From a virus (taxonomy: Duplodnaviria > Caudoviricetes): a DNA stretch of 47,688 nucleotides. This document shows, piece after piece, positions 38,258 through 47,182 of this stretch (positions are counted from its first letter, which is position 1; every line of letters begins with the position of its first letter). The translations under genes were made by a program, and so were the position numbers. The notes under the pieces are model-generated. The model made no database searches. It saw only the letters and a list, made by a program, of their open reading frames with translations, and was not told the origin of the DNA. The DNA is taken from positions 1 through 47,688 of the IMG/VR virus record IMGVR_UViG_3300032295_000293. The stretch is one strand, 5' to 3'.

Positions 38258-38875
38258 ATGAAACATAAATCCGCAGACGACTTTTTTGATAATATCGACT
38301 TTGTTAGCGTAGTTAGCAATGTCAAGGGTATCATGACCAGCGACGGTACTATGTCCACACTATTAGATTTTGAACGTGTTTTGGACGAAGCAGACCTATA
38401 TGCATACCAAAACTGGGAACTAGGTGAATTGGTACAGGGCCCAGATTCCGGAAGATATTCCGTATCATGTGTGTTCATGTGGCCATACAAATTAATGCCC
38501 GACCCAAGTGGTGCAAAGCGATTGGCTAACATTGGATGCAACGTGTCATTCAAGAAGGGCAAAATCAAAGTTCCAGTAGAAGTCAAAGACTACGAAGATT
38601 TTGTTCCCGGTACAAGATATCCTAAAGGAATAGAGAAGAAGATTTGGTTCGTTTGCATTGAGATTCCTAAGGATTTAATGAACGAGATCAAAGAAGGTTC
38701 TATTGACCTTGCAGATCAAACGATTGACTTAGATGACATTGAAAATGCATACGAGGACGATCTAGACAAAGAAAACACACAAGAAGAGGGATCAGCTCCT
38801 CAAGATGAACAAGCCCCTGATGCAAGTGGAATGTCTCCTGCTCCAGGTGCTCCAGGAGCGGTTCCGCCGATGTAA
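38258..38875 (+). CDS. Hypothetical protein (late gene)
   Basis: GATAAATA (38246-38253) 4 nt before the ATG; acidic/Pro-rich tail. Confidence 0.75.
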   Translation: MKHKSADDFFDNIDFVSVVSNVKGIMTSDGTMSTLLDFERVLDEADLYAYQNWELGELVQGPDSGRYSVSCVFMWPYKLMPDPSGAKRLANIGCNVSFKKGKIKVPVEVKDYEDFVPGTRYPKGIEKKIWFVCIEIPKDLMNEIKEGSIDLADQTIDLDDIENAYEDDLDKENTQEEGSAPQDEQAPDASGMSPAPGAPGAVPPM

Positions 38876-38877
38876 TT

Positions 38878-39426
38878 ATGAACAAGAAGATTTTTATTAC
38901 CGAGGGATTAAACTTCCATGACATGGAAGGACAAGTGTTACCATTAGTAACAGTAGATGAATACGCAGCCAAGATGGGTAAAGACAGTGACATTGTTACA
39001 TTGTCTTTCATTGTAAAATCAGAAGCGGCTGCAAATGACTTAGTTGATTGGTTTGAACGAGGTTATGACTGGGTGTTAGATGCTAGCGTAAGCGAGGGTG
39101 AAATAGAACCTAATCGCTGGTTAGTATTTGTAGAATTGAATAGACGTTCAACTATACCTGCTAGAATTTTAGAATTAATTAAAGACTTAAAAACATTAAC
39201 AAACCTTAAAGCATCTGAATGGACCGTACAGGTTGAAGATGAAGATTATGAACCTGACGAACAAATACTACACCAGGTTATCATCTGCAACCCCAATGAA
39301 TACAAGATGGAAAAAGAAAAAGAAGATGAACTAAACGAGATGCGTGAGGTAGCCGGCTTAGCAACTAAATCATTGTATGAAAAAGATCACGAATTAAAAG
39401 ATTTTATTAGTAAAGCTGGATTATAA
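38878..39426 (+). CDS. Hypothetical protein, possible head protein
   Basis: N-terminal MNKKIFITE; C-terminal repeats MREVAGL and FISKAGL. Confidence 0.7.
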   Translation: MNKKIFITEGLNFHDMEGQVLPLVTVDEYAAKMGKDSDIVTLSFIVKSEAAANDLVDWFERGYDWVLDASVSEGEIEPNRWLVFVELNRRSTIPARILELIKDLKTLTNLKASEWTVQVEDEDYEPDEQILHQVIICNPNEYKMEKEKEDELNEMREVAGLATKSLYEKDHELKDFISKAGL

Positions 39427-39436
39427 GGGAGTAAAC

Positions 39437-40051
39437 ATGGCAACAACAATATTACCAAAAAAAGCCGGCCAAGTGCAGCCAATGGCACTAGATGACGATC
39501 ACCACGCAATGTTGGCGGCAGACCCAACAATTCAAGAATTCCCACAAGGAAGTAGTTATGGTTCAAACACATCATTTGGCGGGCCTTCAGCATTTGGCTC
39601 ACCTTCAGCAGGAGGCTTCGGTTCACCCGGTGGTTTTGGTGCACCAGGATCGTTTTCAAGCCCAAACTTTAATCAACAGTCAACTCCAAGTTTTGGAAGC
39701 ACACAAAACATTAATCAGTCAACCGGAAGTCAACCTGTACTTACAGGAGCCGCACCAACAAATGCCGCTAGCGGGGCAGATGTACTAGTAGCGAACGACA
39801 ATACTGATTGGATCAATAAGAAGTGGCGCCCTGCAATGGGTTGGCTATACATGATAACATGCACATTTGACTTTGTTATTTTTCCGATACTTTGGTCATT
39901 GCTACAAGCAATGAGTAAGGGTACGGTAACTAGTCAATGGCAACCGTTGACACTACAAGGTGCAGGTCTTTATCACATCGCTATGGGTGCAGTTCTTGGT
40001 ATTGCGGCTTATGGGCGTACAAAAGAAAAGATCGAAGGCGCGGCAAAGTAA
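39437..40051 (+). CDS. 3TM holin-like protein (GTA holin 3TM family) with low-complexity N-terminus
   Basis: WINKKWRPAMGWLY..FDFVIFPILW..WQPLTLQGAGLYHIAMGAVLGIAAYGRTKEK. Confidence 0.7.
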   Translation: MATTILPKKAGQVQPMALDDDHHAMLAADPTIQEFPQGSSYGSNTSFGGPSAFGSPSAGGFGSPGGFGAPGSFSSPNFNQQSTPSFGSTQNINQSTGSQPVLTGAAPTNAASGADVLVANDNTDWINKKWRPAMGWLYMITCTFDFVIFPILWSLLQAMSKGTVTSQWQPLTLQGAGLYHIAMGAVLGIAAYGRTKEKIEGAAK

Positions 40052-40054
40052 ATA

Positions 40055-40083
40055 TTGACAGAAACAGAGAAATCTGTTAGACT
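40055..40083 (+). promoter_or_regulatory. sigma70-type promoter
   Basis: TTGACA-17 nt-TAGACT; ATG 40090 follows 6 nt later with no SD. Confidence 0.7.
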
Positions 40084-40089
40084 GTAAAT

Positions 40090-40896
40090 ATGGACCATTA
40101 CGCTACGTTAGGGGTAGCCAAAACAGCTACCCCAGAAGAAATAAAAAAAGCATATCGCAAATTGGCGAGTCAGCATCACCCTGATAAGGGCGGTGATACT
40201 GCCATGTTTCAAAAGATTGAAGAAGCATATCGCACATTAAGCGACCCACAAAAGCGTCAACAATACGATAGCCCACAGCAAGGATTTAACTTTGGGGGTT
40301 TTGGTGATCCTAGTATGTTTACTGGAGATGTAGACCCTAGAGATATTTTCTCACATATCTTTGGGCAACGTGCAGGTAACCCATTTAATAATCAACGACA
40401 AAATCGACAAGTATTTAGGACTACAGTAACAGTATCATTACAAGATGTATACAAAGGTTCAAGTCAAATACTAAAATTACAAACTCCCACTGGACAAAAA
40501 GTTATAAACATCGATGTACCCAAAGGGTTGCAGGAACATTCAAATATCAAATATGATGATATCATTGACAACGGGACGTTACTTGTTGAATTTAGAATAC
40601 TACCCGATTTAAAATATGAACGTAGACTAAATGATTTATACTGCAATCAACCGGTTTCAATACTTGACCTTATTGTAGGTGCTAGTGTCAACTTTGTAAC
40701 TATATCCGGTAAAGAGTTTGAAGTTCGTATCCCTGCTAAAACACAACCTTATATGCAACTACGTATACCGGGACAAGGTATGCCAATTCAAGGAACTAAC
40801 CTTTTTGGAGACCAAATACTCTTGCTAAAACCCTTCATGCCTGATACAATTGATGACGAAATAACTCAAAGCATTTTGCGTTCCAATTCTAAGTAA
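40090..40896 (+). CDS. dnaJ: DnaJ-class chaperone (J domain, G/F linker, C-terminal domain, no Zn finger)
   Basis: [42 protein letters not shown]; LRIPGQGMP. Confidence 0.9.
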   Translation: MDHYATLGVAKTATPEEIKKAYRKLASQHHPDKGGDTAMFQKIEEAYRTLSDPQKRQQYDSPQQGFNFGGFGDPSMFTGDVDPRDIFSHIFGQRAGNPFNNQRQNRQVFRTTVTVSLQDVYKGSSQILKLQTPTGQKVINIDVPKGLQEHSNIKYDDIIDNGTLLVEFRILPDLKYERRLNDLYCNQPVSILDLIVGASVNFVTISGKEFEVRIPAKTQPYMQLRIPGQGMPIQGTNLFGDQILLLKPFMPDTIDDEITQSILRSNSK

Positions 40897-40914
40897 ATAT
40901 CAAAAAAGGAAATT

Positions 40915-43185
40915 ATGACTAATTCACCCGAAATCGAAAGCATCATTGAGCAAGCAATTGCCCAAGCTAAAGAGCGCAAACATCAATATGTAACTGTAGA
41001 ACATTTACTGCTTGCACTGATTACACATAAACCATTCAACAAATGCTTAAATAGTTTTGGTGTCGAAGTTGACACTATGGTTGACGAAGTAGGTTCATAC
41101 CTCAATGGCTTACATGCTATTGAAAGCAAAAACCCAGATGTTACTCCTCGTAGAACAAACAGCCTTGAACGTGTAATGAATCGTTCAGTAACACAGGTGT
41201 TGTTCACTGGTCGTAGACAAGTCACTACTATTGACTTGTATCTTTCTATTGCCGCAGAAGGCAATAGCCATGCACATTACTTCTTATTGAAGTACGGTGT
41301 CAATAAGAATGAATTCTTAACACACTGGCAAAAGACTTATAAAGGTCAAGAATATAATACGAACCTCACTGAGAATCAAGCTGACGAAATCTTAGAAGAA
41401 TATACCACTAATATGACCAAGCTTGCTGAAAGTGGCAAACTTGAACCTGTAATTGGTCGTGTCAAAGAACTTGAGGACATTATCAACGTTCTTGCAAAAC
41501 GATTCAAGAGTAATGTATTGATGGTAGGTGATCCGGGTGTAGGTAAGACTGCTATTGTCGATGGACTTGCACAGGCTATCGTAAACAATGAAGTACCTGA
41601 ATTCTTGAAGGGTCACGAACTTTATAGTCTTGAAGTTGGCTCACTACTTGCAGGCAGTAAGTATCGCGGTGACTTTGAAGAAAAAGTTAAAGCTGTTATT
41701 GACGCATTGAATACAAAGAAGAAAGCTATTCTATTCATTGATGAAGCACACACCATGAGTGGTGCAGGCTCCGGTAATGCAGGTGGCCCTGACTTTGCTA
41801 ACATGATTAAGCCTGCGATTACTAAAGGTACATTGAAGGTTATTGCAAGCACTACATGGGAAGAATTCTACGAATCATTTGAAAAAGATCGTGCATTGAT
41901 GCGCCGCTTCTATCGCATTGGTGTCGATGAACCAAGTCATGATGCAACTATTAGTATTCTAAGTGGTCTTGCTTCACGATTAAACGACTTCCATGAAGTC
42001 AATATTACCGACGAAGCTGTCAAAGCAAGTGTTGAGATGGCTACTCGTTATATTACTGACCGTAAAAACCCTGATAAGAGTATTGATTTGCTAGATGCCG
42101 CATGCGCTAAACAACGTGTGGCAATGAACAATGGGGCAATCATCACTAAGGAACTAATCTACGAACAAGTAGAGAAATATACGGGTGTTCCTGCTGACAA
42201 GTTGAAGGGTGATAACTTGAGCCGTGTACATACACTTGATGTTAACATCAAAGGTAAGCTATACGGACAGGACGAAACAGTTGAGCAAGTACTTGAGCGC
42301 ATTTATGTTTCATTTGCTGGTATTGGCAGTGAGACTAAACCTCTAGCAAGTTTCTTGTTCTTAGGCCCAACGGGTACAGGTAAAACAGAATTGGCTAAGT
42401 TGTTAAGTAAGAATCTTGACATGCCATTACTCAAGTATGATATGAGTGAATATGGTGAAAAACACTCTGTATCAAGCTTGATCGGTCCTCCCCCTGGTTA
42501 CGTTGGGTTCGGTGATAGTCAAGTTCAAGGTGGTCGTTTAATCAGTGATTTGTCTAAGAACCCACATAGTATCATGTTGTTTGATGAAGTAGAGAAGGCT
42601 CATCCTGATATCTTCAACATTTTCTTGCAACTGCTTGATGAAGGTACTATCACTGGTAGTAATGGCAAGAAGGTAAGTTGCAAGAACACTGTCATCATTA
42701 TGACTAGCAACTTGGGCAGTAGTGATGGTGAACGTAACAATATTGGCTTCGGTAGTCAAGAGAAACAAGGTGAAGATGACAAAGCATTCAAAGAGTTCTT
42801 CAAGCCTGAGTTCCGTAATCGTCTTGATTTGGTCTGTAAGTTTGGTAAACTCGATACACTTGCTATCAAGAAAATCGTTATTAAATTTACAGAAGACCTC
42901 AAGAAACAATTGACAGACAGGCACAATATCAATTTGACAATGACTGAGGAAGTTATTGAACATCTAGCAGAAGTTGGTTATGACAAGAAGATGGGCGCAC
43001 GTCCATTAGCACGTAAGATTGATGAATTGATTCGTGTTCCTCTTTCAAAGAAGATTCTCTTTGAACAAATTAAGAATGCGAATGTTTCCGCAACTCTTGA
43101 TGCTGACAAGAAAATCGTGTTTAATACTATTATAAAAATGTCTGCAAAGGTGAATGACAATGGGATTATTGAAATCAGTCAATGA
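40915..43185 (+). CDS. clpA: ClpA-type Hsp100 ATPase
   Basis: Clp N domain ([11 protein letters not shown]), two AAA+ modules ([14 protein letters not shown]; [18 protein letters not shown]), IGF loop, no ClpB middle domain, MGARPL. Confidence 0.9.
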   Translation: MTNSPEIESIIEQAIAQAKERKHQYVTVEHLLLALITHKPFNKCLNSFGVEVDTMVDEVGSYLNGLHAIESKNPDVTPRRTNSLERVMNRSVTQVLFTGRRQVTTIDLYLSIAAEGNSHAHYFLLKYGVNKNEFLTHWQKTYKGQEYNTNLTENQADEILEEYTTNMTKLAESGKLEPVIGRVKELEDIINVLAKRFKSNVLMVGDPGVGKTAIVDGLAQAIVNNEVPEFLKGHELYSLEVGSLLAGSKYRGDFEEKVKAVIDALNTKKKAILFIDEAHTMSGAGSGNAGGPDFANMIKPAITKGTLKVIASTTWEEFYESFEKDRALMRRFYRIGVDEPSHDATISILSGLASRLNDFHEVNITDEAVKASVEMATRYITDRKNPDKSIDLLDAACAKQRVAMNNGAIITKELIYEQVEKYTGVPADKLKGDNLSRVHTLDVNIKGKLYGQDETVEQVLERIYVSFAGIGSETKPLASFLFLGPTGTGKTELAKLLSKNLDMPLLKYDMSEYGEKHSVSSLIGPPPGYVGFGDSQVQGGRLISDLSKNPHSIMLFDEVEKAHPDIFNIFLQLLDEGTITGSNGKKVSCKNTVIIMTSNLGSSDGERNNIGFGSQEKQGEDDKAFKEFFKPEFRNRLDLVCKFGKLDTLAIKKIVIKFTEDLKKQLTDRHNINLTMTEEVIEHLAEVGYDKKMGARPLARKIDELIRVPLSKKILFEQIKNANVSATLDADKKIVFNTIIKMSAKVNDNGIIEISQ

Positions 43186-43882
43186 TGTACCCGGTATCGA
43201 TTATTACGATTATCGGGAGAGTGAGTATTGGTCAAAGTATACGTACCGGGCTAGAATTACGTTTGATGGCATCAGGTATGTGTACTGGGCAGATTCAGTA
43301 GACGAGTGGGTACAACGAATGAAAACGGGTCGTAGGTCACGTGGTAATGGTCCGTTAACTCAGACCGAGATTGATGTCCTACTAACTAAAAAAGTCATTA
43401 TTGAAAACTTCATTACACTACGTAAAGAACAGAGAAAATTAAAGAATTATGGTATTCGTATTGAACATGATACTGCGGCAATCTTCTCTAATGACTTAGA
43501 CTTTCTGCAAAAGATTAGAACTTGGCATCCTGACATCAATGTTAATATCACTGAAGTTAAGACAAGTGAGTACTCAGGTGTTAAACAATTTGTCAATGAA
43601 CCTAAGAGTAAGTACCGTGTATATCTTAAATCCAAGCGTGTAGATGAGCGTATTCCTAAGGATTTGGGCGAGTTATTTAACAGATATACAGCACTTAAAC
43701 CTAGCAAGTCTTTAAAATCATGGGTAAAAGCAGAATCAAAATATACATGGAAAAATCGCTATTGCAGTTCATCCTATTCAATAGACTATGATGATGAGAG
43801 TACCCTCAGTTATCTAGCACTATGTCACGGTGATATCTTAGGAAAAAAGTACAAATTAGAAAAGCGCCCGGAAGCTATCTGA
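43154..43882 (+). CDS. Hypothetical basic protein
   Basis: 242-aa ORF overlapping the clpA 3' end; start may be 43160. Confidence 0.7.
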   Translation: MTMGLLKSVNDVPGIDYYDYRESEYWSKYTYRARITFDGIRYVYWADSVDEWVQRMKTGRRSRGNGPLTQTEIDVLLTKKVIIENFITLRKEQRKLKNYGIRIEHDTAAIFSNDLDFLQKIRTWHPDINVNITEVKTSEYSGVKQFVNEPKSKYRVYLKSKRVDERIPKDLGELFNRYTALKPSKSLKSWVKAESKYTWKNRYCSSSYSIDYDDESTLSYLALCHGDILGKKYKLEKRPEAI

Positions 43883-43885
43883 AAT

Positions 43886-43912
43886 GATAAATACTCTATT
43901 AATGGAGTATTT
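43886..43912 (+). promoter_or_regulatory. Late promoter overlapping an SD-sequestering hairpin
   Basis: GATAAATA (43886-43893); AAATACTC (43889-43896) pairs with GAGTATTT (43905-43912), covering SD GGAG. Confidence 0.65.
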
Positions 43913-43915
43913 CTC

Positions 43916-44080
43916 ATGGCAAAAATTGTCGAAGATGTAGTAGTCATCAAATTCAGTAAAATCGTCAAGGATAGCGAAGAAGGTTCTTCTATCGCTACTT
44001 CCGACGTTCAGGCAGCATTAGAGCAAGTCGCCCAAGAATTAGTGGGTGATTCAGTAGTTGTTGAAGTGGTAAGTGCATAA
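43916..44080 (+). CDS. Small hypothetical protein, 54 aa (absent from the ORF track)
   Basis: MAKIVEDVVVIKFSKIVKDSEEGSSIATSDVQAALEQVAQELVGDSVVVEVVSA; late promoter, GGAG SD, TAATG coupling to the next gene. Confidence 0.8.
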   Translation: MAKIVEDVVVIKFSKIVKDSEEGSSIATSDVQAALEQVAQELVGDSVVVEVVSA

Positions 44081-44466
44081 TGAGCCAAACAACTACACTT
44101 ATATTATTACCTGAAACCGCATATGTGAATCCAGGTAATGCTAGTCCTTACACAGTCACTGGTAACGGTTATCCTGCTGCCGCATATTATTTGGGTAACA
44201 AAGACCTACAAACTGTCAATATGAAAGTTACTAATTGCACTGGTAATATTGTGATTGAAGCTAGTTTAGCAACTACGCCTACAAGCAATGATTGGTTTAA
44301 AGTACATGAACTAGTTGCCAATGCAAATGCTACTCCTAATACTGCACCACAAATCGCAAGCAATGCTAGTGTCTATACAAACATCAATGGCAACTTTGTT
44401 TTCATGAGAGCAAAGATTGAAGCTTTTAAAGGTGGTATTGTAGAATTCGTTAAATTAAGTTACTAA
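44080..44466 (+). CDS. Hypothetical protein, likely beta-rich virion protein
   Basis: TAATG coupling; GNIVIEASL..DWF..NINGNFVFMRAK. Confidence 0.7.
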   Translation: MSQTTTLILLPETAYVNPGNASPYTVTGNGYPAAAYYLGNKDLQTVNMKVTNCTGNIVIEASLATTPTSNDWFKVHELVANANATPNTAPQIASNASVYTNINGNFVFMRAKIEAFKGGIVEFVKLSY

Positions 44467-44467
44467 T

Positions 44468-46144
44468 ATGAAACAGATCGTCATCATGCCGGGAGGCTTT
44501 CACCCTTTTCACGCAGGACATTATGCGTTATACAAGTCTGCATTAGAAGCCTTTCCTCAAGCTGACGTTTATGTAGCCGCAACAAACGACCAAAGCGAAA
44601 GACCTTTCCCCTTTGCAATTAAAGAGAAACTAGCTAAGTTAGCAGGTGTTAAGCAAGGTCGTTTTGTGCAAGTTAAGAGTCCCTTTCAATCTAAAGAGAT
44701 TACGCAAAACTATGATCCTAACAGTGATGTACTGATCTTTGTCCGTAGTGAAAAAGACAAGACAGAACAACCTAAGCCAGGTGGAACAAAGAAGGACGGG
44801 AGTCCAGCATATTTTCAACCCTGGACTGGAAAGAATCTACAGCCATTCAGTAAACATGCTTACATTGCATATCTACCAACAGTAACATTTGGTCCTGGTA
44901 TACAAAGTGCTACTGAGATTCGCAACGCATGGCCTAAGTTAGATGACAGACGCAAGACTGCTATGGTCATGAGCCTATACCCTGCAACACAAAAGAACCC
45001 TAAACTAGCACAGAATGTTGTACAACTATTAGACATGGGCATGGGCGGCGCGGAAGGATTGGATGAAGCATGTTGGAAAGGTTATCACAAAGAAGGTAAC
45101 AAAAAAATGTTTGGCAAAACATATCCTAACTGTGTAAAGAATACTAATGAAGAAGAACAATTAGACGAAAAATGCTGGGATACACACAAGCAAGTAGGTA
45201 TGAAAAATAAAGGTGGAAGACAAGTTCCTAACTGCGTACCAAAAGAAAGTATAGAAGAAGCACAACAGTGTCCTGAATGTGGTGGACCGATGTTTAGTGA
45301 TTTAATACTTTCTGAAAAGAAGGATGCCTGTTATAATAAAGTCAAGAGTCGTTATAAAGTATGGCCTAGTGCGTATGCGTCAGGTGCATTAGTTCAGTGC
45401 CGTAAAAAAGGTGCAAGTAACTGGGGCACCGGTGGCAAAAAGAACGAAGGTGTTGAAGAAGAATTAGATGAAAATCTAAACAAGTGGTTTAAAGAGAAGT
45501 GGGTACGCTTTGGTCCAGATGGTAAGATCCGTGGTGATTGCGCTAGAGGTGATGATAGTGAAGGTAAACCAAAATGCTTGCCACAAAGTAAAGCACATAG
45601 TCTAGGTAAAAAGGGTCGTGCTAGCGCGGCTAGCCGTAAGCGCAGAGAAGATCCCAATCCAGAACGTAGTGGCAAAGCAATCAACGTTAACACTAAGAAA
45701 AAGAGTAATGAAGGTATGGCGGAAAGTTCAAGTTTATCAGTAGAACAACTAGCGCACATTAGTGACAAAGCATTAGATGATGCGTATCACTATGGTCGTA
45801 GTACACCGGGTGCAAACTTTGGTTGGATGGCAAACATTCAATCAGCAAGAGCCGCTAAAAGGTTAATTGATGCAGGTGAAACCGACATCGAAGTTATTAG
45901 CGATGCTATTCACAAAGGTTGGAATGTTACTGCGGCGGCAGACTTTAAAGGTCAATTGCAGTTAGACACACCCACTCCAGAAGATAAGAAATTGAAACGT
46001 GCTAAGTTAGCAATGCAATCTTATAGTCAACTCCCAGAAGAAGAAAAAGAGAAGGATCGTGTGGTGGCCCGAGCCTTGCTACAAGCTATCAACGGTAAAC
46101 AAACTAATGTAGCCGAAAGTGCTGATTATCTAGACGAAAAATAA
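44468..46144 (+). CDS. Modular protein: HxGH nucleotidyltransferase-like domain, Cys-containing mini-modules and a RyR-like domain
   Basis: MPGGFHPFHAGH and SATEIR (cytidylyltransferase-like); two CW..G.K..G..PNCV repeats; CPECGG; KKDACY..WPSAYASG; KWFKEKW..PKCLP; IHKGW..YSQLPEEEKEKDR. Confidence 0.7.
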   Translation: MKQIVIMPGGFHPFHAGHYALYKSALEAFPQADVYVAATNDQSERPFPFAIKEKLAKLAGVKQGRFVQVKSPFQSKEITQNYDPNSDVLIFVRSEKDKTEQPKPGGTKKDGSPAYFQPWTGKNLQPFSKHAYIAYLPTVTFGPGIQSATEIRNAWPKLDDRRKTAMVMSLYPATQKNPKLAQNVVQLLDMGMGGAEGLDEACWKGYHKEGNKKMFGKTYPNCVKNTNEEEQLDEKCWDTHKQVGMKNKGGRQVPNCVPKESIEEAQQCPECGGPMFSDLILSEKKDACYNKVKSRYKVWPSAYASGALVQCRKKGASNWGTGGKKNEGVEEELDENLNKWFKEKWVRFGPDGKIRGDCARGDDSEGKPKCLPQSKAHSLGKKGRASAASRKRREDPNPERSGKAINVNTKKKSNEGMAESSSLSVEQLAHISDKALDDAYHYGRSTPGANFGWMANIQSARAAKRLIDAGETDIEVISDAIHKGWNVTAAADFKGQLQLDTPTPEDKKLKRAKLAMQSYSQLPEEEKEKDRVVARALLQAINGKQTNVAESADYLDEK

Positions 46145-46151
46145 TTCGCAC

Positions 46152-46207
46152 TGTGTTCTGACATGTAAATATTCTTATATTTTTATGAGGATTTCATGTC
46201 AGAAACA
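46152..46207 (+). promoter_or_regulatory. Late promoter inside a long hairpin burying SD and start codon
   Basis: TTCTGACATG (46156-46165) pairs perfectly with CATGTCAGAA (46195-46204, includes the ATG); inner stem TCTTATA/TATGAGG covers the SD; GTAAATA at 46165-46171. Confidence 0.7.
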
Positions 46208-47068
46208 AACGAAGAAAAAACAGTACCTGTAGAAAAGGTCGAAGAAATCGCTGAACAAGCGGCGCAAGAACAGGCACCACAAGCCGGTCAAGTACAGGTA
46301 AATGTAGATTTTTTGCGAACCACTCGGGTTCATATTGCAATGCCGTGTTATGGCGGAATGCTTACTGAATCAACATTCATGTCTTTCATCAAGTGGGCTA
46401 ACACAGCCCGTCAACTTGGTATCGATTGGACATTAGAAACAATGGTTAACGAATCATTGATTAGCCGAGCACGTAATACATTAACTGCAAAGTTCTTAGA
46501 CATGCCCGATGCTACTCACTTGTTCTTTGTTGACGCAGACATTGGGTGGGAGCCATGGCACTTGTTAGTATTGTTGAACCGTGACGTTGATGTTATCGGT
46601 GGACTGTACCCAATGAAGTCTATGCCTATCAAGTGGGTTGTTAACGGATTCGAGGGCGCTGAAGAAGGCCCAGATCAACTACAAGAAGTAAGTAAAGCAG
46701 GTACAGGTTTCTTATTGATGAAGAAACATGTATTTGAAAAGATGAACAGTCACCCTGCTGTTAAACAATACAAGAATGACATTGGTTTAGATCCAAAGTA
46801 CGATCAATACTTAAAGACCTACTTTGATACAGCAGTTCGTCAGAATCGTTACTACAGCGAAGACTGGACATTCTGTGAAAACTGGCGTGACATGGGCGGC
46901 AAGATTTGGATTGATAAACGTGTATTGCTAAGACATAGTGGTAGTTATGTATTCTGTCAAGAAAATCAAACTAATCTGATGAACACTATTGGTCCTATGT
47001 ATGTGCAAGAGCGAAGAAATCAAGGATGTAAGTTGATCGATAAAGACGGCAACGAAATCTCACAATAA
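46196..47068 (+). CDS. GT-A fold (GT2-like) glycosyltransferase
   Basis: HIAMPCYGG, ESLISRARN, THLFFVDADIGW (DxD), GTGFLLMK, YSEDWTFC. Confidence 0.7.
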   Translation: MSETNEEKTVPVEKVEEIAEQAAQEQAPQAGQVQVNVDFLRTTRVHIAMPCYGGMLTESTFMSFIKWANTARQLGIDWTLETMVNESLISRARNTLTAKFLDMPDATHLFFVDADIGWEPWHLLVLLNRDVDVIGGLYPMKSMPIKWVVNGFEGAEEGPDQLQEVSKAGTGFLLMKKHVFEKMNSHPAVKQYKNDIGLDPKYDQYLKTYFDTAVRQNRYYSEDWTFCENWRDMGGKIWIDKRVLLRHSGSYVFCQENQTNLMNTIGPMYVQERRNQGCKLIDKDGNEISQ

Positions 47069-47069
47069 T

Positions 47070-47092
47070 AAAAGCCCCGCAAGGGGCTTTTT
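47070..47092. terminator. Intrinsic terminator with GCAA tetraloop
   Basis: AAAAGCCCC-GCAA-GGGGCTTTTT. Confidence 0.88.
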
Positions 47093-47102
47093 AACGGGCA
47101 AA

Positions 47103-47135
47103 TAGTCACACGTTTGTCACAGTATTGTCACAATT
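47103..47135 (+). promoter_or_regulatory. Three tandem Pho-box half sites (PhoB)
   Basis: TAGTCAC-ACGT-TTGTCAC-AGTA-TTGTCAC-AATT, exact 11-bp period, upstream of pstS; PhoB consensus is CTGTCA(T/C)-N4. Confidence 0.8.
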
Positions 47136-47182
47136 TTCTGATTAAATATTCATGTAATACTAACACACAAGGAGCCTATTAC

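Noticed and set aside
6307-45768. Numerous short ORFs nested in or antisense to the called genes
   Set aside because: No SD or promoter context or recognisable motifs; explained as alternative-frame noise.
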